DNA of 64,000 nucleotides from an uncultured Gemmataceae bacterium. Lineage in GTDB: Bacteria > Planctomycetota > Planctomycetia > Gemmatales > Gemmataceae. The notes beneath the pieces were generated by a model. That model did no database searches and was not told where the DNA came from. It was given only the letters and a program-made list of their open reading frames with translations. The position numbers and the translations under genes were made by a program. The stretch covers positions 1,888,001 through 1,952,000 of the forward strand of contig CAVVPN010000003.1 of assembly GCA_963750165.1 (NCBI GenBank), given 5' to 3'. The stretch's first letter is position 1, and each line of letters opens with the position of its first letter. Below are positions 1 to 10,700 of the stretch, in pieces.

Positions 1-1354
1 CCAGCGCTGCGAAGCGCTCGCGGAATGCCGGCAGCCGGCCCGGCTGCAACTTGAAGCCCGCCGCGGTCGCGTGGCCGCCGTGGCTCAGCAACTCCTCGCC
101 GCACGCCGCCAGGGCCTCGTGCAGTTTGAAACCCGGCACCGACCGGCCCGAACCGGCCGCCAGCGTGCCGTCCTTGCTGGTCGCGATCATCAGCACCGGC
201 CGGGCGTATGCCTCCATCAGCCGGCCGGCCACGATGCCGATCAACCCCGCGTGCCAGCTGGCGCTCGCCAGCACAAACGCCGCCGCCCCCGCCTTCTCCT
301 GCTCCGCCGCCATCTCGCGCGCTTCCAGGTAAATCTTGCGCTCCGCCGACTGCCGCTCGCGATTCTGATCCTCCAGAAATCGCGCCAGGTCCGTGGCCCG
401 CTGTGGCGACTGTGTGGTCAGCAGTTCCACCGCCAGCCGGGCGCTGCCGAGCCGGCCCGCCGCGTTCAGCCGTGGCGCGATCGTGTAGCCGATGTCGAAC
501 GCGCCCAGCGTCGCCTTCTCGTGCAGGTTCGCCGCCTCCAGCAGCGCCTTGATGCCGACGTTTGGGCTCTGCCGCAACCGGGCCAGGCCGTGCCGCACCA
601 GAATGCGGTTCTCGTCGTGCAGCGGCACCACGTCGGCCACCGTGCCCAGCGCCGCCAGCGCCACCGCGTCCAGCAATGCCTCGCGCAGCGGCGGGCTCAC
701 CTTGTCGCTGCCGCAGTGCCGCTTGCACAGCGCCCACGCCAGCTTCAGCGCCACGCCCGCGCCGCACAGGCCGCCGAACGGATACGAGCCCGTCGCCAGC
801 CGCGGATGCACCAGCAGCGCCGCCGGCAGCTGCGCCTTCGGCTCGTGGTGGTCCGTGATGATGAGTTCCAGGTCGAGCCGTTTCGCCTCCTCCGCCTCCG
901 CGACGCTGGTGATGCCGCAATCGACCGTTACCACCACGTCGGTGCCGCGCGCCTTCAGCAGCCGCAGCGCCTCGACGTTCAGGCCGTAGCCGTCTTCGAG
1001 CCGGTGCGGCACATGGAAGTCGTAGGTGGCGTTCAGCAGCCGCAGCACCGTCAGCAGGATGGCGGTACCGCTGACGCCGTCCACGTCGTAGTCGCCGTAG
1101 ATGCAGATGCGCTGCTGTTTCTTGATGGCGCTCAGCAGCCGCTCGGCCGCCGCGGAGACGCCGGGCAACAGGTCGGGCTCGCGCAGGCCGGTCAGCGACG
1201 CCTGCAGGAAGGTAGCGGCCGCCGCGGGGGCGTCGAGCTTGCGGTTGAGCAGCAGCTGCGCCACCAGCGCGGCGACGTTCAGCGCCCGCGCCAGCCGGTC
1301 CACGGCGGCGGGGTCGTGCGGCAGCAGCTGCCAGGCTTTGTTGACCGTGCGCAA
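1..1354 (-). CDS. recJ: Single-stranded-DNA exonuclease RecJ (3' end outside window)
   Basis: Own minus-strand translation gives ICIYGDYDVDGVSG, VVTVDCGITS, IITDHHEP and LALVHPRL (DHH family motifs). TTG start at 1354 follows a GAGGAGGGAG RBS. Confidence 0.95.
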   Translation of the reverse strand, partial: MRTVNKAWQLLPHDPAAVDRLARALNVAALVAQLLLNRKLDAPAAAATFLQASLTGLREPDLLPGVSAAAERLLSAIKKQQRICIYGDYDVDGVSGTAILLTVLRLLNATYDFHVPHRLEDGYGLNVEALRLLKARGTDVVVTVDCGITSVAEAEEAKRLDLELIITDHHEPKAQLPAALLVHPRLATGSYPFGGLCGAGVALKLAWALCKRHCGSDKVSPPLREALLDAVALAALGTVADVVPLHDENRILVRHGLARLRQSPNVGIKALLEAANLHEKATLGAFDIGYTIAPRLNAAGRLGSARLAVELLTTQSPQRATDLARFLEDQNRERQSAERKIYLEAREMAAEQEKAGAAAFVLASASWHAGLIGIVAGRLMEAYARPVLMIATSKDGTLAAGSGRSVPGFKLHEALAACGEELLSHGGHATAAGFKLQPGRLPAFRERFAAL

Positions 1355-1494
1355 GGTCCGCTCCCTCCTCGACGCGGTGACCGGTTCCGAAACACCAGCA
1401 TTATACCCGGGGCGGCTTTTCGCCGAGAGGGCAAGTCGCCACGACGGCGGTATAGTAAAAGGAGGTTCGATCACCGGCTCGCAGGAAACATCCC

Positions 1495-2232
1495 ATGCCG
1501 CTGCTGGATCATTTTCATCCGCCCCTGAGCGAGCGCCGCCCCTGGGAGTCGTTTCACGCCACCTGGTGCAGTTCCCTGGCGGACCACCTCAACCAGGATG
1601 TCCTGCCCGCCGAGTACATCGCCCTGGAGCAGGTCCACCCGGGCGCCGCCATCGAAATCGACGTGAGCGTGTTCCCCAAAGCCGGCCCGACCGGGGGCGA
1701 AGGCGGTGGCACCGTCACGCTGCCGCGAACCGTCTGGACGCCGACGGCCCCGCCGAGGATCTGCCCGGCCGTGTTCCCCGAACGGTTCACCGTCGAGGTC
1801 CACGCCACCGAGGGCGGCCGCACGCTGGTGGCGGCCCTGGAACTGGTCAGCCCGGGCAACAAGGACCGGGCCGGCAAGCGGCGGCTGTTCGCGGCGAAAT
1901 GCGCCACGCACCTGGCCCGTGGCGTCGGCCTGGTTGTCCTCGACGTGGTCACCAGCCGCCACGGCAATCTGCACAACGAGCTGATGCAATTACTGGACCT
2001 GGACGCGGCCCTGCACTTGCCGGACCCGATGTCGTTGTACACGGTCGCCTACCGACCACTCCAGCAGCCGGACGGCGGCCGCATCGAAATCTGGCCGACG
2101 CCACTGGCCGTGGGCGAGGAACTGCCGCGGGTGCCGCTGTCGCTGGCCGCGGACCTGTGCGTGGCCGTGGACCTGGAGGCCGCTTACCGCGACGCCTGCC
2201 GTCGCCGCCGCGTGGATGAGGCCGTGCGCTGA
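1495..2232 (+). CDS. DUF4058 family protein
   Basis: MPLLDHFHPPL..WESFH and LVAALELVSPGNKDR are typical of this planctomycete family. Confidence 0.85.
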   Translation: MPLLDHFHPPLSERRPWESFHATWCSSLADHLNQDVLPAEYIALEQVHPGAAIEIDVSVFPKAGPTGGEGGGTVTLPRTVWTPTAPPRICPAVFPERFTVEVHATEGGRTLVAALELVSPGNKDRAGKRRLFAAKCATHLARGVGLVVLDVVTSRHGNLHNELMQLLDLDAALHLPDPMSLYTVAYRPLQQPDGGRIEIWPTPLAVGEELPRVPLSLAADLCVAVDLEAAYRDACRRRRVDEAVR

Positions 2233-2317
2233 ACCGTTGCCGGGGGGCCGGTTGGCCGTGTCCCGCGGCGGCGCTACAATAGCAGCAGGTAATTTTTCTC
2301 CAACCGACGAATCAGCC

Positions 2318-3538
2318 ATGCCGCGTGACCTGTACGAAGTCCTGGAAGTCCAGCGCGACGCCTCCGACGAGGACATCAGGAATGCCTTCCGGCGGCTGGC
2401 GCGCCAGAACCACCCCGACCGCAACCCCAACAACAAGCAAGCCGAGGCCCGCTACCACGAAGTGCTGTACGCCTACGACGTGCTCAGCGACAAGAACCGG
2501 CGGCAGCAGTACGACCGCCACGGCGCCGCGGGGCCGCCGGCCGTCTCCCAGTGGGGCAACGGCGCGTTCAATTTCCAGAGCACCGATGCCAACGACCTCG
2601 CCGAGCTGCTCAAGCAGTTCGGTGTTGATGTGGGCGGCGCCGGCACGCGCGACACCGGCCCGGCCCTGACCATCGAGGTGCCGATCCCGCATGAGATGGC
2701 GATGCAGGGCGGCGTGCTGCCGCTGCGCGTCAACGAGTTGGAATTGGCCGTCAAGGTGCCGGCGGGGATCAAGGAAGGGCAGATGATGCGCCTCGGCGGC
2801 GTCGGCCCGGGCGGCGCGGACCTGTTCGTCAAGCTGCACGTCCAACCGCGGTCGCACTTCCAGCGCGAGGGCAACGACCTGGTCCTGGAGGTGCCGTTGA
2901 GCCTGCCGGAAGCGGTGCTCGGGACCAAAATCGACGTGCCGACGCCGGACGGCGCGAAGCTGCCGGTGATGGTGCCGCCGGGCGCGTCGAGCCTGAAACG
3001 GCTGCGGCTGGCCGGCAAAGGAAGCGACGGCGGCGACCAGCTGATCCAGCTCAAAATCCTCGCGCCGGCCGCCCGGGACGACCGCAGCCGTGAAATCATC
3101 GCCGAGTACAGCCGCCTGAACCCGCACCAGGCACGGCCGCGCGTCGGTTCGTTCACCCCGGACGCGCAGCCCTGGGACCATTACTGGCTCCGCGAAAGCA
3201 AGCCGCCCGTTCTGCGGCTGCCGTTGAGCCTGCCCGAAGCAGTCCTCGGCACCGAAGTGGCTGTTCCTCTGGTCGATGGGACGACCATTCCGGTAAAGGT
3301 GCTACCGGGGGCGGCGAGTGGCGAGCGGCAGCCGTTGCGGCGGCAGGAGCGTGGGGGCGGCCTGTGGGCCGCCCTGCGGCGCCGGCTGTCCAGGCGCAAG
3401 GGCGCTGAGCAGGGCGACCTGTTCCTCCAGCTGGAAATCGTCACCCTGGCCCCGCAGGATGACCGGAGCCGTGTGTTGATCGAGGAATTCGGCCGCCTCA
3501 ACCCGCAGCAGCCGCGCACCGGAGCGCCCTGGAGTTAA
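2318..3538 (+). CDS. DnaJ-class (CbpA-like) chaperone with an extra C-terminal subdomain
   Basis: J-domain with HPD (QNHPDRN), no zinc finger, and the DnaJ_C motif [10 protein letters not shown] occurs twice. Confidence 0.85.
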   Translation: MPRDLYEVLEVQRDASDEDIRNAFRRLARQNHPDRNPNNKQAEARYHEVLYAYDVLSDKNRRQQYDRHGAAGPPAVSQWGNGAFNFQSTDANDLAELLKQFGVDVGGAGTRDTGPALTIEVPIPHEMAMQGGVLPLRVNELELAVKVPAGIKEGQMMRLGGVGPGGADLFVKLHVQPRSHFQREGNDLVLEVPLSLPEAVLGTKIDVPTPDGAKLPVMVPPGASSLKRLRLAGKGSDGGDQLIQLKILAPAARDDRSREIIAEYSRLNPHQARPRVGSFTPDAQPWDHYWLRESKPPVLRLPLSLPEAVLGTEVAVPLVDGTTIPVKVLPGAASGERQPLRRQERGGGLWAALRRRLSRRKGAEQGDLFLQLEIVTLAPQDDRSRVLIEEFGRLNPQQPRTGAPWS

Positions 3539-3632
3539 CCAGCGCTCGGTTCGCACTCGTGGCTGCCGACGTGCCATCCCTGGACTTTCTTCTCGATGCA
3601 GGAAATCAATCAACGCTGAAGTGAAACGACCC

Positions 3633-4541
3633 ATGCCACGCGACCCGTACGAAGTGCTGGAAGTCAAGCGTGACGCCTCCGAGGCGGACATCAAGAAGGC
3701 GCACCGCCGGCTAGCGCGCCAGTACCACCCCGACCGCAACCCCGGCGACAAGCAGGCCGAGGCCCGCTTCAAGGAAGTGCAGGACGCTTACGACCTGCTC
3801 AGCGACAAGCAGAAGCGTGAGCGCTACGACCGCTTTGGCTTCACGGAGCCGCAGGCGGGCACGCCGGGCGGCTTTCAGTGGGGCGGCGGCGGTATGCCGG
3901 GCAACTTCCAGAACGTCGATCCCAACGACATCGCCGAGTTGCTCAAGCAGTTCGGCGGCGGTGGCTTCAGCTTCGACATGGGCGACGGCGGCGCCCGCCG
4001 CCCCGGCCGAACCGGGGGCCGCCGCCGTCGGCCCGAGCCGGTCGAGGTCGAACCCACCGAGGTGTCCATCCCGTTCGAGACGGCGGTGCTGGGCGGGTCG
4101 CTGGCGTTGCGCATCGAGGACGCGGAGGTGAACGTCAAGGTGCCGGCCGGTGTCAAGGAAGGGCAGCGGGTGCGCTTGCCGGGCGTCGGGCCGCACGGCG
4201 AGGACGTGTACATCAAATATCACATCCTGCCGCACCCGCACTTCCAGCGCGAGGGCAACGACCTGATTCTGGAGGTGCCGCTCAGTTTGGCGGAGGCGGT
4301 GCTCGGGGCGAAGGTGGACGTGCCGACGCTGGACGGCACGAAACTGTCGGTGACGGTGCCGCCGGGCACGTCGAGCGGGGCCCGGTTGCGCCTGCGCGGC
4401 AAGGGCATTGCCGGCGGACACCAGTTCATCCAGATCAAGATCGTGGTGCCGGCCGCGAAGGACGATAAGAGTCGGGAGCTGATCGAGGAGTTCGCCCGGC
4501 TGCACCCGCAGCACCCGCGCAACGGCCCCCCGTGGATCTGA
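3633..4541 (+). CDS. DnaJ-class (CbpA-like) chaperone
   Basis: [19 protein letters not shown]-domain, G/F-rich linker, DnaJ_C domain, no CxxCxGxG repeats. Confidence 0.92.
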   Translation: MPRDPYEVLEVKRDASEADIKKAHRRLARQYHPDRNPGDKQAEARFKEVQDAYDLLSDKQKRERYDRFGFTEPQAGTPGGFQWGGGGMPGNFQNVDPNDIAELLKQFGGGGFSFDMGDGGARRPGRTGGRRRRPEPVEVEPTEVSIPFETAVLGGSLALRIEDAEVNVKVPAGVKEGQRVRLPGVGPHGEDVYIKYHILPHPHFQREGNDLILEVPLSLAEAVLGAKVDVPTLDGTKLSVTVPPGTSSGARLRLRGKGIAGGHQFIQIKIVVPAAKDDKSRELIEEFARLHPQHPRNGPPWI

Positions 4542-4551
4542 GGCAGCGCTC

Positions 4552-4926
4552 ATGTCGCAACCGTCGTTCCGCTTCCGGCCCGAGGAGCACCTGCGCCGGC
4601 CCGCCGACTTCAAGCGGGTCTACGACCGCCGCCGCTCCATCAGCGACGACTGGCTGATCGTCTATGCGTGCGAGAACGACCTGGGCCATCTGCGACTGGG
4701 CCTGTCGGTGTCGCGCAAGTACGGCCCGGCGGTGGAGCGCAACCGGCTGCGACGGCTGTACCGCGAGGCGTTCCGGCTGGCGAAGCACCACATGCCGACC
4801 GGGCTGGACCTGATCCTGATCCCGCGCAAGCCGGAGGAGCCGCCGCTAAGCGAGTTGCTGCATTCGCTGCCGCGGCTGGTCTTCCAGCTGTCGCGCAAGC
4901 TGGCCCGTGAGAGTAAATCGCCATGA
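4552..4926 (+). CDS. rnpA: Ribonuclease P protein component
   Basis: RLGLSVSRKYGPAVERNRLRR (RNR motif). Confidence 0.95.
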   Translation: MSQPSFRFRPEEHLRRPADFKRVYDRRRSISDDWLIVYACENDLGHLRLGLSVSRKYGPAVERNRLRRLYREAFRLAKHHMPTGLDLILIPRKPEEPPLSELLHSLPRLVFQLSRKLARESKSP

Positions 4927-5165
4927 TCGGCGCAGTGCTCGGGCGCTGCGGCGCCCTGCTGAGCGCGTTCCTCATCAGCGGCGTGCGCTGCTATCAAATC
5001 GTGCTGAGTCCGCTGTTGCCGCGCGTCTGCCGGTTCTACCCCAGTTGCAGCGAATACTTCATCCTGGCCGTCAAGCAGCATGGCCCGGTGCGCGGCGCCT
5101 GCAAGGGCGTCTGGCGCGTGTGCCGCTGCAACCCGTTCAACCGTGGCGGCTACGACCCGCCGTGA
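4923..5165 (+). CDS. yidD: Membrane protein insertion efficiency factor YidD
   Basis: CRFYPSCSEY..RCNPFNRGGYDP; overlaps the rnpA stop codon. Confidence 0.95.
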   Translation: MIGAVLGRCGALLSAFLISGVRCYQIVLSPLLPRVCRFYPSCSEYFILAVKQHGPVRGACKGVWRVCRCNPFNRGGYDPP

Positions 5166-5977
5166 ACGCGCCGGACTTCGACGCCCTCGCGCAGCGTCTC
5201 CGGCCCCGGATAGGTCGCGGCCAGGTCCAGCACCAGAAAGCGCTTGTTTTCCGGCAGCGCCCCGAACAGCACCGGACACACCTGGTTGCCGTGCTCGACG
5301 AAGTAGCCGCTCTCGTCGCGGTCGTGGCCGTGAACCACCAGGCGCAGCGGCAGCGCCGGCGTCGAGAGTTGTAGCAGCAGCCGTCCCGTGACCTCGGCGG
5401 TCTGGCCGTAGCTGTTCAGGAAACTGTCGAGCACGTGGGCCTGATACTCGTCGTTGACGCCCGGCTGGAAGTGAATGCCGTCCAGGTCCGCGAACGTCCG
5501 CAGCCGGTCGTCGGGCGAGCCGTGGCTGAGCAGCACGCCGCACGGGGCCGCGACCGCCAGCAGCGCCGGCTCGAACAGGCGGCGCAGGCTGCGGACGCCG
5601 GCGGCGCCGACCGCGGCGTTCAGGTGGGCGACCTCATCGGCGTGGAACTTGCGCGTGCGCGGCCCGCCGATGTGGCCGTGGTCGTGGTTGCCCAGCACGT
5701 ACAGCACGCGGCCGGGGTGCTCCGCCATCAGGTGCAGAATGCCCTCGACAACGGCCAGCGATTCGTCGAGGTAGCCATACAGGTCGGGCCGCTTGCGGGC
5801 GGCCTCGGGGCTGGGGGCGTGGACGGCGTCGCCCAGGATGGCCCAGTACGCGGTCTCGGTCTGGCGGCGCAGCGCGGCGAAGTGTGCGCACAGGCGGCGG
5901 AAGTCGGCGCCGTTGCCGTGCAGGTCCGTGCTGACCATCAGCAGGCCGCGGTTCGGGAGCAGGTGCCAGCGACGCAT
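5150..5977 (-). CDS. Metallophosphoesterase (calcineurin-like)
   Basis: STDLHGN, LGDAVH, LGNHD, SHG and HGHD motifs. Probable own start at MRRWH. Confidence 0.85.
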   Translation of the reverse strand: MRRWHLLPNRGLLMVSTDLHGNGADFRRLCAHFAALRRQTETAYWAILGDAVHAPSPEAARKRPDLYGYLDESLAVVEGILHLMAEHPGRVLYVLGNHDHGHIGGPRTRKFHADEVAHLNAAVGAAGVRSLRRLFEPALLAVAAPCGVLLSHGSPDDRLRTFADLDGIHFQPGVNDEYQAHVLDSFLNSYGQTAEVTGRLLLQLSTPALPLRLVVHGHDRDESGYFVEHGNQVCPVLFGALPENKRFLVLDLAATYPGPETLREGVEVRRVHGGS

Positions 5978-6089
5978 GGAGAGGCCCCGTTGACATGAGG
6001 CTGCCGCTGGCGGCCGTCCACAGCCACCGCGCAGCCCTGTCAAACAAGTAGAATATTTTCGGAGTTGAGGATTGCCGGAGGGGGCCGTC

Positions 6090-6377
6090 ATGAGCCGACA
6101 CACCACCCGCAAGGAGCGCTGGACGCAGATCAACGCCCGGGAGTACCGCTCCGCGTTCGCTGTCGTGCAGTACCGGGCCGGCGCCTGGGAGGCCACGGTC
6201 CTGTACCAGCGCCTGCTGCCGGGCAGCGCGGCCGACGGCCTGCCCGCCTGGCACGACGAGCGTGCGCCGGCGGGGCGTTTCAAGCGGCCGCGCAACGCCA
6301 TGATCGCCGCCGAGGAGAAGGCCACGCTGCTGCAGCGCCGCGATCCGGAGCAGGTGCGCGTCGCCTTCGATGGCTGA
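6090..6377 (+). CDS. Hypothetical protein
   Basis: GGAGG RBS and typical high-GC3 codon usage; 95 aa. Confidence 0.6.
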   Translation: MSRHTTRKERWTQINAREYRSAFAVVQYRAGAWEATVLYQRLLPGSAADGLPAWHDERAPAGRFKRPRNAMIAAEEKATLLQRRDPEQVRVAFDG

Positions 6378-6383
6378 ATTGGG

Positions 6384-7090
6384 TCACGGCGTCCGGAATT
6401 CGGCGCACGGGCGTCGGCCGGGCTGTGGAGGTGTGCGGTGAACCAGTCCGCCGCCAGGCCGACCGCCTCGCCCAGCGCGTCGGGATCTTCGAGCCCCTGG
6501 GGGCCGCCGACGACCAGATCACACCGCCGGTCGGTGGTGCCAAGTTCCTCCAGGTGGACGCGGTTCAGGCCGATCAGCGATTCGTCACTGTCGCCCACCA
6601 GGAACAGGCTCGGCGCCGTCACGCGGGCCAGGGCCGACTCGGCCAGGTCGGGGCGGCCGTTGAGCAGCACGATGGCGGCGACGCCGTCGCGCCCGGCCGC
6701 GGCGGCGAGCGCCGCGGCGGAGGCGTTGCTGGCGGCGAAGTAGCCGACCGGCAGGCCGGCAGTCTCCGGCGTCGTGGCCAGCCAGTCGGTCGCGGCTGCC
6801 AGGCGTCCGGTCAGCAGGGGCACGTCGAAGCGGAAGCAGGCGATGCGGGCGTCGAGGCCCTGCTCCTCGGCGGTCAGCAGATTCAGCAGCACGGTGACCA
6901 GGCCCGCCTTGCGGAACTGGAGGGCGAGCAGACCGTCATGGGGCGGGCGCGGGATGCCGCTGGCGTGCGGGAACAGCACCACGCCGCGGGCGTCGGGCGG
7001 CAGCCCCAGGTCCGCCTCCAGCATCGCCTCCGCCGCGGGCACGCTCACGTGCTGCAACTGACTTTTGCCGACCCACGCCTGGAACATCAC
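6384..7090 (-). CDS. Alpha/beta hydrolase (dienelactone hydrolase-like); 3' end uncertain
   Basis: EADLGLPPDARGVVLF, RFDVPLLTGRL, GYFAASN, GRPDLA..VTAPSLFLVG. No in-frame stop; a TGA lies one base out of frame at 6384-6386. Confidence 0.7.
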
Positions 7091-7783
7091 TGCTTTCTCC
7101 TACTGGGATGTGAAAGGCCAGACAACGCCGTGGACGAGGAAAGACCTCTCGTCAGGGTATCTTACGGGAGTTCCGTGACCAGGCGAGTGGGGCCTTCGTC
7201 GCTGCCCTCACCGGAATTACACAATCCCCAAACGTAAATCCACTGGTTGTTTACAAGAATTAACCTCCGCGATTGGGTTTTTTTACTTGCATTTCTTCCG
7301 GCAATCGCCATTCTGTCTTAATAACGTGAGACGTTTTGTCTGGGGATGCATCAGCGAGAATGTCGTGACGGCTGGTTCGCCCAAATCCTATCCGGTTGAC
7401 GAACCTTCCTTTTCTACTCTCAAAATCCCCCAGGAAACGCGCCGTGCTGTGATGCAGGAAACGGTAGCGTGTTCGTAACCCGGCCGTGGGCAAGCAAGGG
7501 TTCTTGCGCCCGGCCGAATCTCTGAACTCAGTGTTCGCAACATCCCAGCGCGCGGGGCCACTCAGGGCGGGTGACTCCTCGTGTGGGTACTTTGTTTGCC
7601 GGCGGCCAATCTCAGGCATGGACTGGCCCCTGACCGATCGTTCGTTCGTTAGTAGGTTGCAAGGCCGGAATGGACCGGCACCCGGGCAGCGCGGCCGTGG
7701 CAGCGCAGGCGTTCAGCCTGCGCGCTCACGGTGGCGTTTGCTGTCGCACCCCTGTGGTCCCAAGGGAACTGGAGCGAAAACCG

Positions 7784-10700
7784 ATGCGATTCTCCTCATG
7801 GCTTTCCGCGCGGCGGACGTCTGGCAATGTCCCGAGTCACACCGAGTGGCGGCAGCGGCTGCCCCGGCCGCGCTGGTGGCGGCTGTTCGTCGAGCAGCTG
7901 GAAGACCGGCTGACGCCGTCCACGTTTACCTGGGTCGGCGCGACGGGCGGCGACTGGGACACGCTGGCGAACTGGCAGGTCGGTGGCGTCACCGCCACGG
8001 TGCTCCCGGGCGGCAGTGATACGGCGGACTTCAACAACTTCAGCGGCACCGTCGCGCATGGGGTTTCGGGGCGCCGGACACGGTCAACAACATCGTCAAC
8101 GCCAACCTGGCGACGCTGACCGTGTCCAGCGGTTCGCTCACCGTGAACGCCGCGTCGGCCGTCAAGAATCTCACCGTGTCGGGCGGCACGTTCAACGCGG
8201 CAGGCGCCATCACCGTCAACGCGGCCCTGAACCTGTCCAGCGGCACGCTCGGCGGCGCCGGCACGCTGACCGATAACGGCCAGACGACCTGGTCGGGTGG
8301 CAGCCTGACAGGCACGCTGGCGGTTAACTACGGTCTGTCCATTACAAGTAGCGTGGCTCTTCCCAGTGGCGGCACATTGGCGGTGGCCCCCGGCGTCAGC
8401 GTCCAGCTCGGCGGCGGCCAGACGTTCACCGACGGCGGCACCGTGAGCCTCGCGGCCGGCGACACCTGGACGTTCAACTACGCCTACTCGGCGACGGCGC
8501 AACTGGTGGTCGGCAACACCAACGGCACCGGCGGCCTGCTGACCGCCGCCGGCACCACCTTTAACACCACCAGCCTGGGCGTCAACGGCAGCAGTAGCCA
8601 CATCGAGGTCGTCGCCGGCGGCCACCTCCAGGCCAGCAGCTGCTCCTTCACCCTCGGCTACCTGGAGCTGGACAACGGCAGCGTCCTCGGCGCCGGCGAC
8701 CTGGCCGGCAACGACTACAACAGCCCGCTGTACCTGCCCGCCACCGAGGTGCAGTATTTGTCCGGCACCGGCACCACCCAGTACTTCCAGGCCGTGAACA
8801 TCCTCGGCGGCACCCTCGCCGCCGGCCAGACCCTGGCGCTGAACGCCATCAGCGCCACGCCGGGCAGCCTCACCTACGTCTTCCCCAGCGGCTTCACCGT
8901 CGCCTACGGCGCCACCGTCACGGTGGCGGCCAACGTCAGCGTCCAGCTCGGCGGCGGCCAGTTGTTCACCGACGGCGGCACCCTGACCTTCGCCGCCGGC
9001 GACACGCTGACGTTCAACTACGCCTACTCGGCGACGGCGCAACTGGTGGTCGGCAACACCAACGGCACCGGCGGCCTGCTGACCGCCGCCGGCACCACCT
9101 TTAACACCACCAGCCTGGGCGTCAACGGCAGCAGTAGCCACATCGAGGTCGTCGCCGGCGGCCACCTCCAGGCCAGCAGCTGCTCCTTCACCCTCGGCTA
9201 CCTGGAGCTGGACAACGGCAGCGTCCTCGGCGCCGGCGACCTGGCCGGCAACGACTACAACAGCCCGCTGTACCTGCCCGCCACCGAGGTGCAGTATTTG
9301 TCCGGCACCACCCAATACTTCCAGGCCGTGAACATCCTCGGCGGCACCCTCGCCGCCGGCCAGACCCTGGCGCTGAACGCCATCAGCGCCACGCCGGGCA
9401 GCCTCACCTACGTCTTCCCCAGCGGCTTCACCGTCGCCTACGGCGCCACCGTCACGGTGGCGGCCAACGTCAGCGTCCAGCTCGGCGGCGGCCAGACGTT
9501 CACCGACGGCGGCACCGTGAGCCTCGCGGCCGGCGACACCTGGACGTTCAACTACGCCTACTCGGCGACGGCGCAACTGGTGGTCGGCAACACCAACGGC
9601 ACCGGCGGCCTGCTGACCGCCGCCGGCACCACCTTTAACACCACCAGCCTGGGCGTCAACGGCAGCAGTAGCCACATCGAGGTCGTCGCCGGCGGCCACC
9701 TCCAGGCCAGCAGCTGCTCCTTCACCCTCGGCTACCTGGAGCTGGACAACGGCAGCGTCCTCGGCGCCGGCGACCTGGCCGGCAACGACTACAACAGCCC
9801 GCTGTACCTGCCCGCCACCGAGGTGCAGTATTTGTCCGGCACCACCCAATACTTCCAGGCCGTGAACATCCTCGGCGGCACCCTCGCCGCCGGCCAGACC
9901 CTGGCGCTGAACGCCATCAGCGCCACGCCGGGCAGCCTCACCTACGTCTTCCCCAGCGGCTTCACCGTCGCCTACGGCGCCACCGTCACGGTGGCGGCCA
10001 ACGTCAGCGTCCAGCTCGGCGGCGGCCAGTTGTTCACCGACGGCGGCACCCTGACCTTCGCCGCCGGCGACACGCTGACGTTCAACTACGCCTACTCGGC
10101 GACGGCGCAACTGGTGGTCGGCAACACCAACGGCACCGGCGGCCTGCTGACCGCCGCCGGCACCACCTTTAACACCACCAGCCTGGGCGTCAACGGCAGC
10201 AGTAGCCACATCGAGGTCGTCGCCGGCGGCCACCTCCAGGCCAGCAGCTGCTCCTTCACCCTCGGCTACCTGGAGCTGGACAACGGCAGCGTCCTCGGCG
10301 CCGGCGACCTGGCCGGCAACACCTACAACAGCCCGCTGTACCTGCCGGCCACCGAGGTGCAGTACCTCTCCGGCACCGGCACCACCCAGTACTTCCAGGC
10401 CGTGAACATCCTCGGCGGCACCCTCGCCGCCGGCCAGACCCTGGCGCTGAACGCCATCAGCGCCACGCCGGGCAGCCTCACCTACGTCTTCCCCAGCGGC
10501 TTCACCGTCGCCTACGGCGCCACCGTCACGGTGGCGGCCAACGTCAGCGTCCAGCTCAGCGGCGGCCAGTTGTTCACCGACGGCGGCACCGTGACTTTCT
10601 CCTCCGGCGACACGCTGACCTTCCTGTACGCCTACGGGGCCACGGCGCAGCTGGTGGTCGGCAACGGCAACGGCACCGGCGGCCTCTTGACCGCCGCCGG

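Noticed and set aside
71..1528. 485-aa plus-strand ORF
   Set aside because: Shadow of recJ on the minus strand.
5150..7090. 646-aa hydrolase-phosphoesterase fusion
   Set aside because: The linker is antisense to a plausible gene (6090-6377) and a stop lies one base out of frame, so an indel is more likely.
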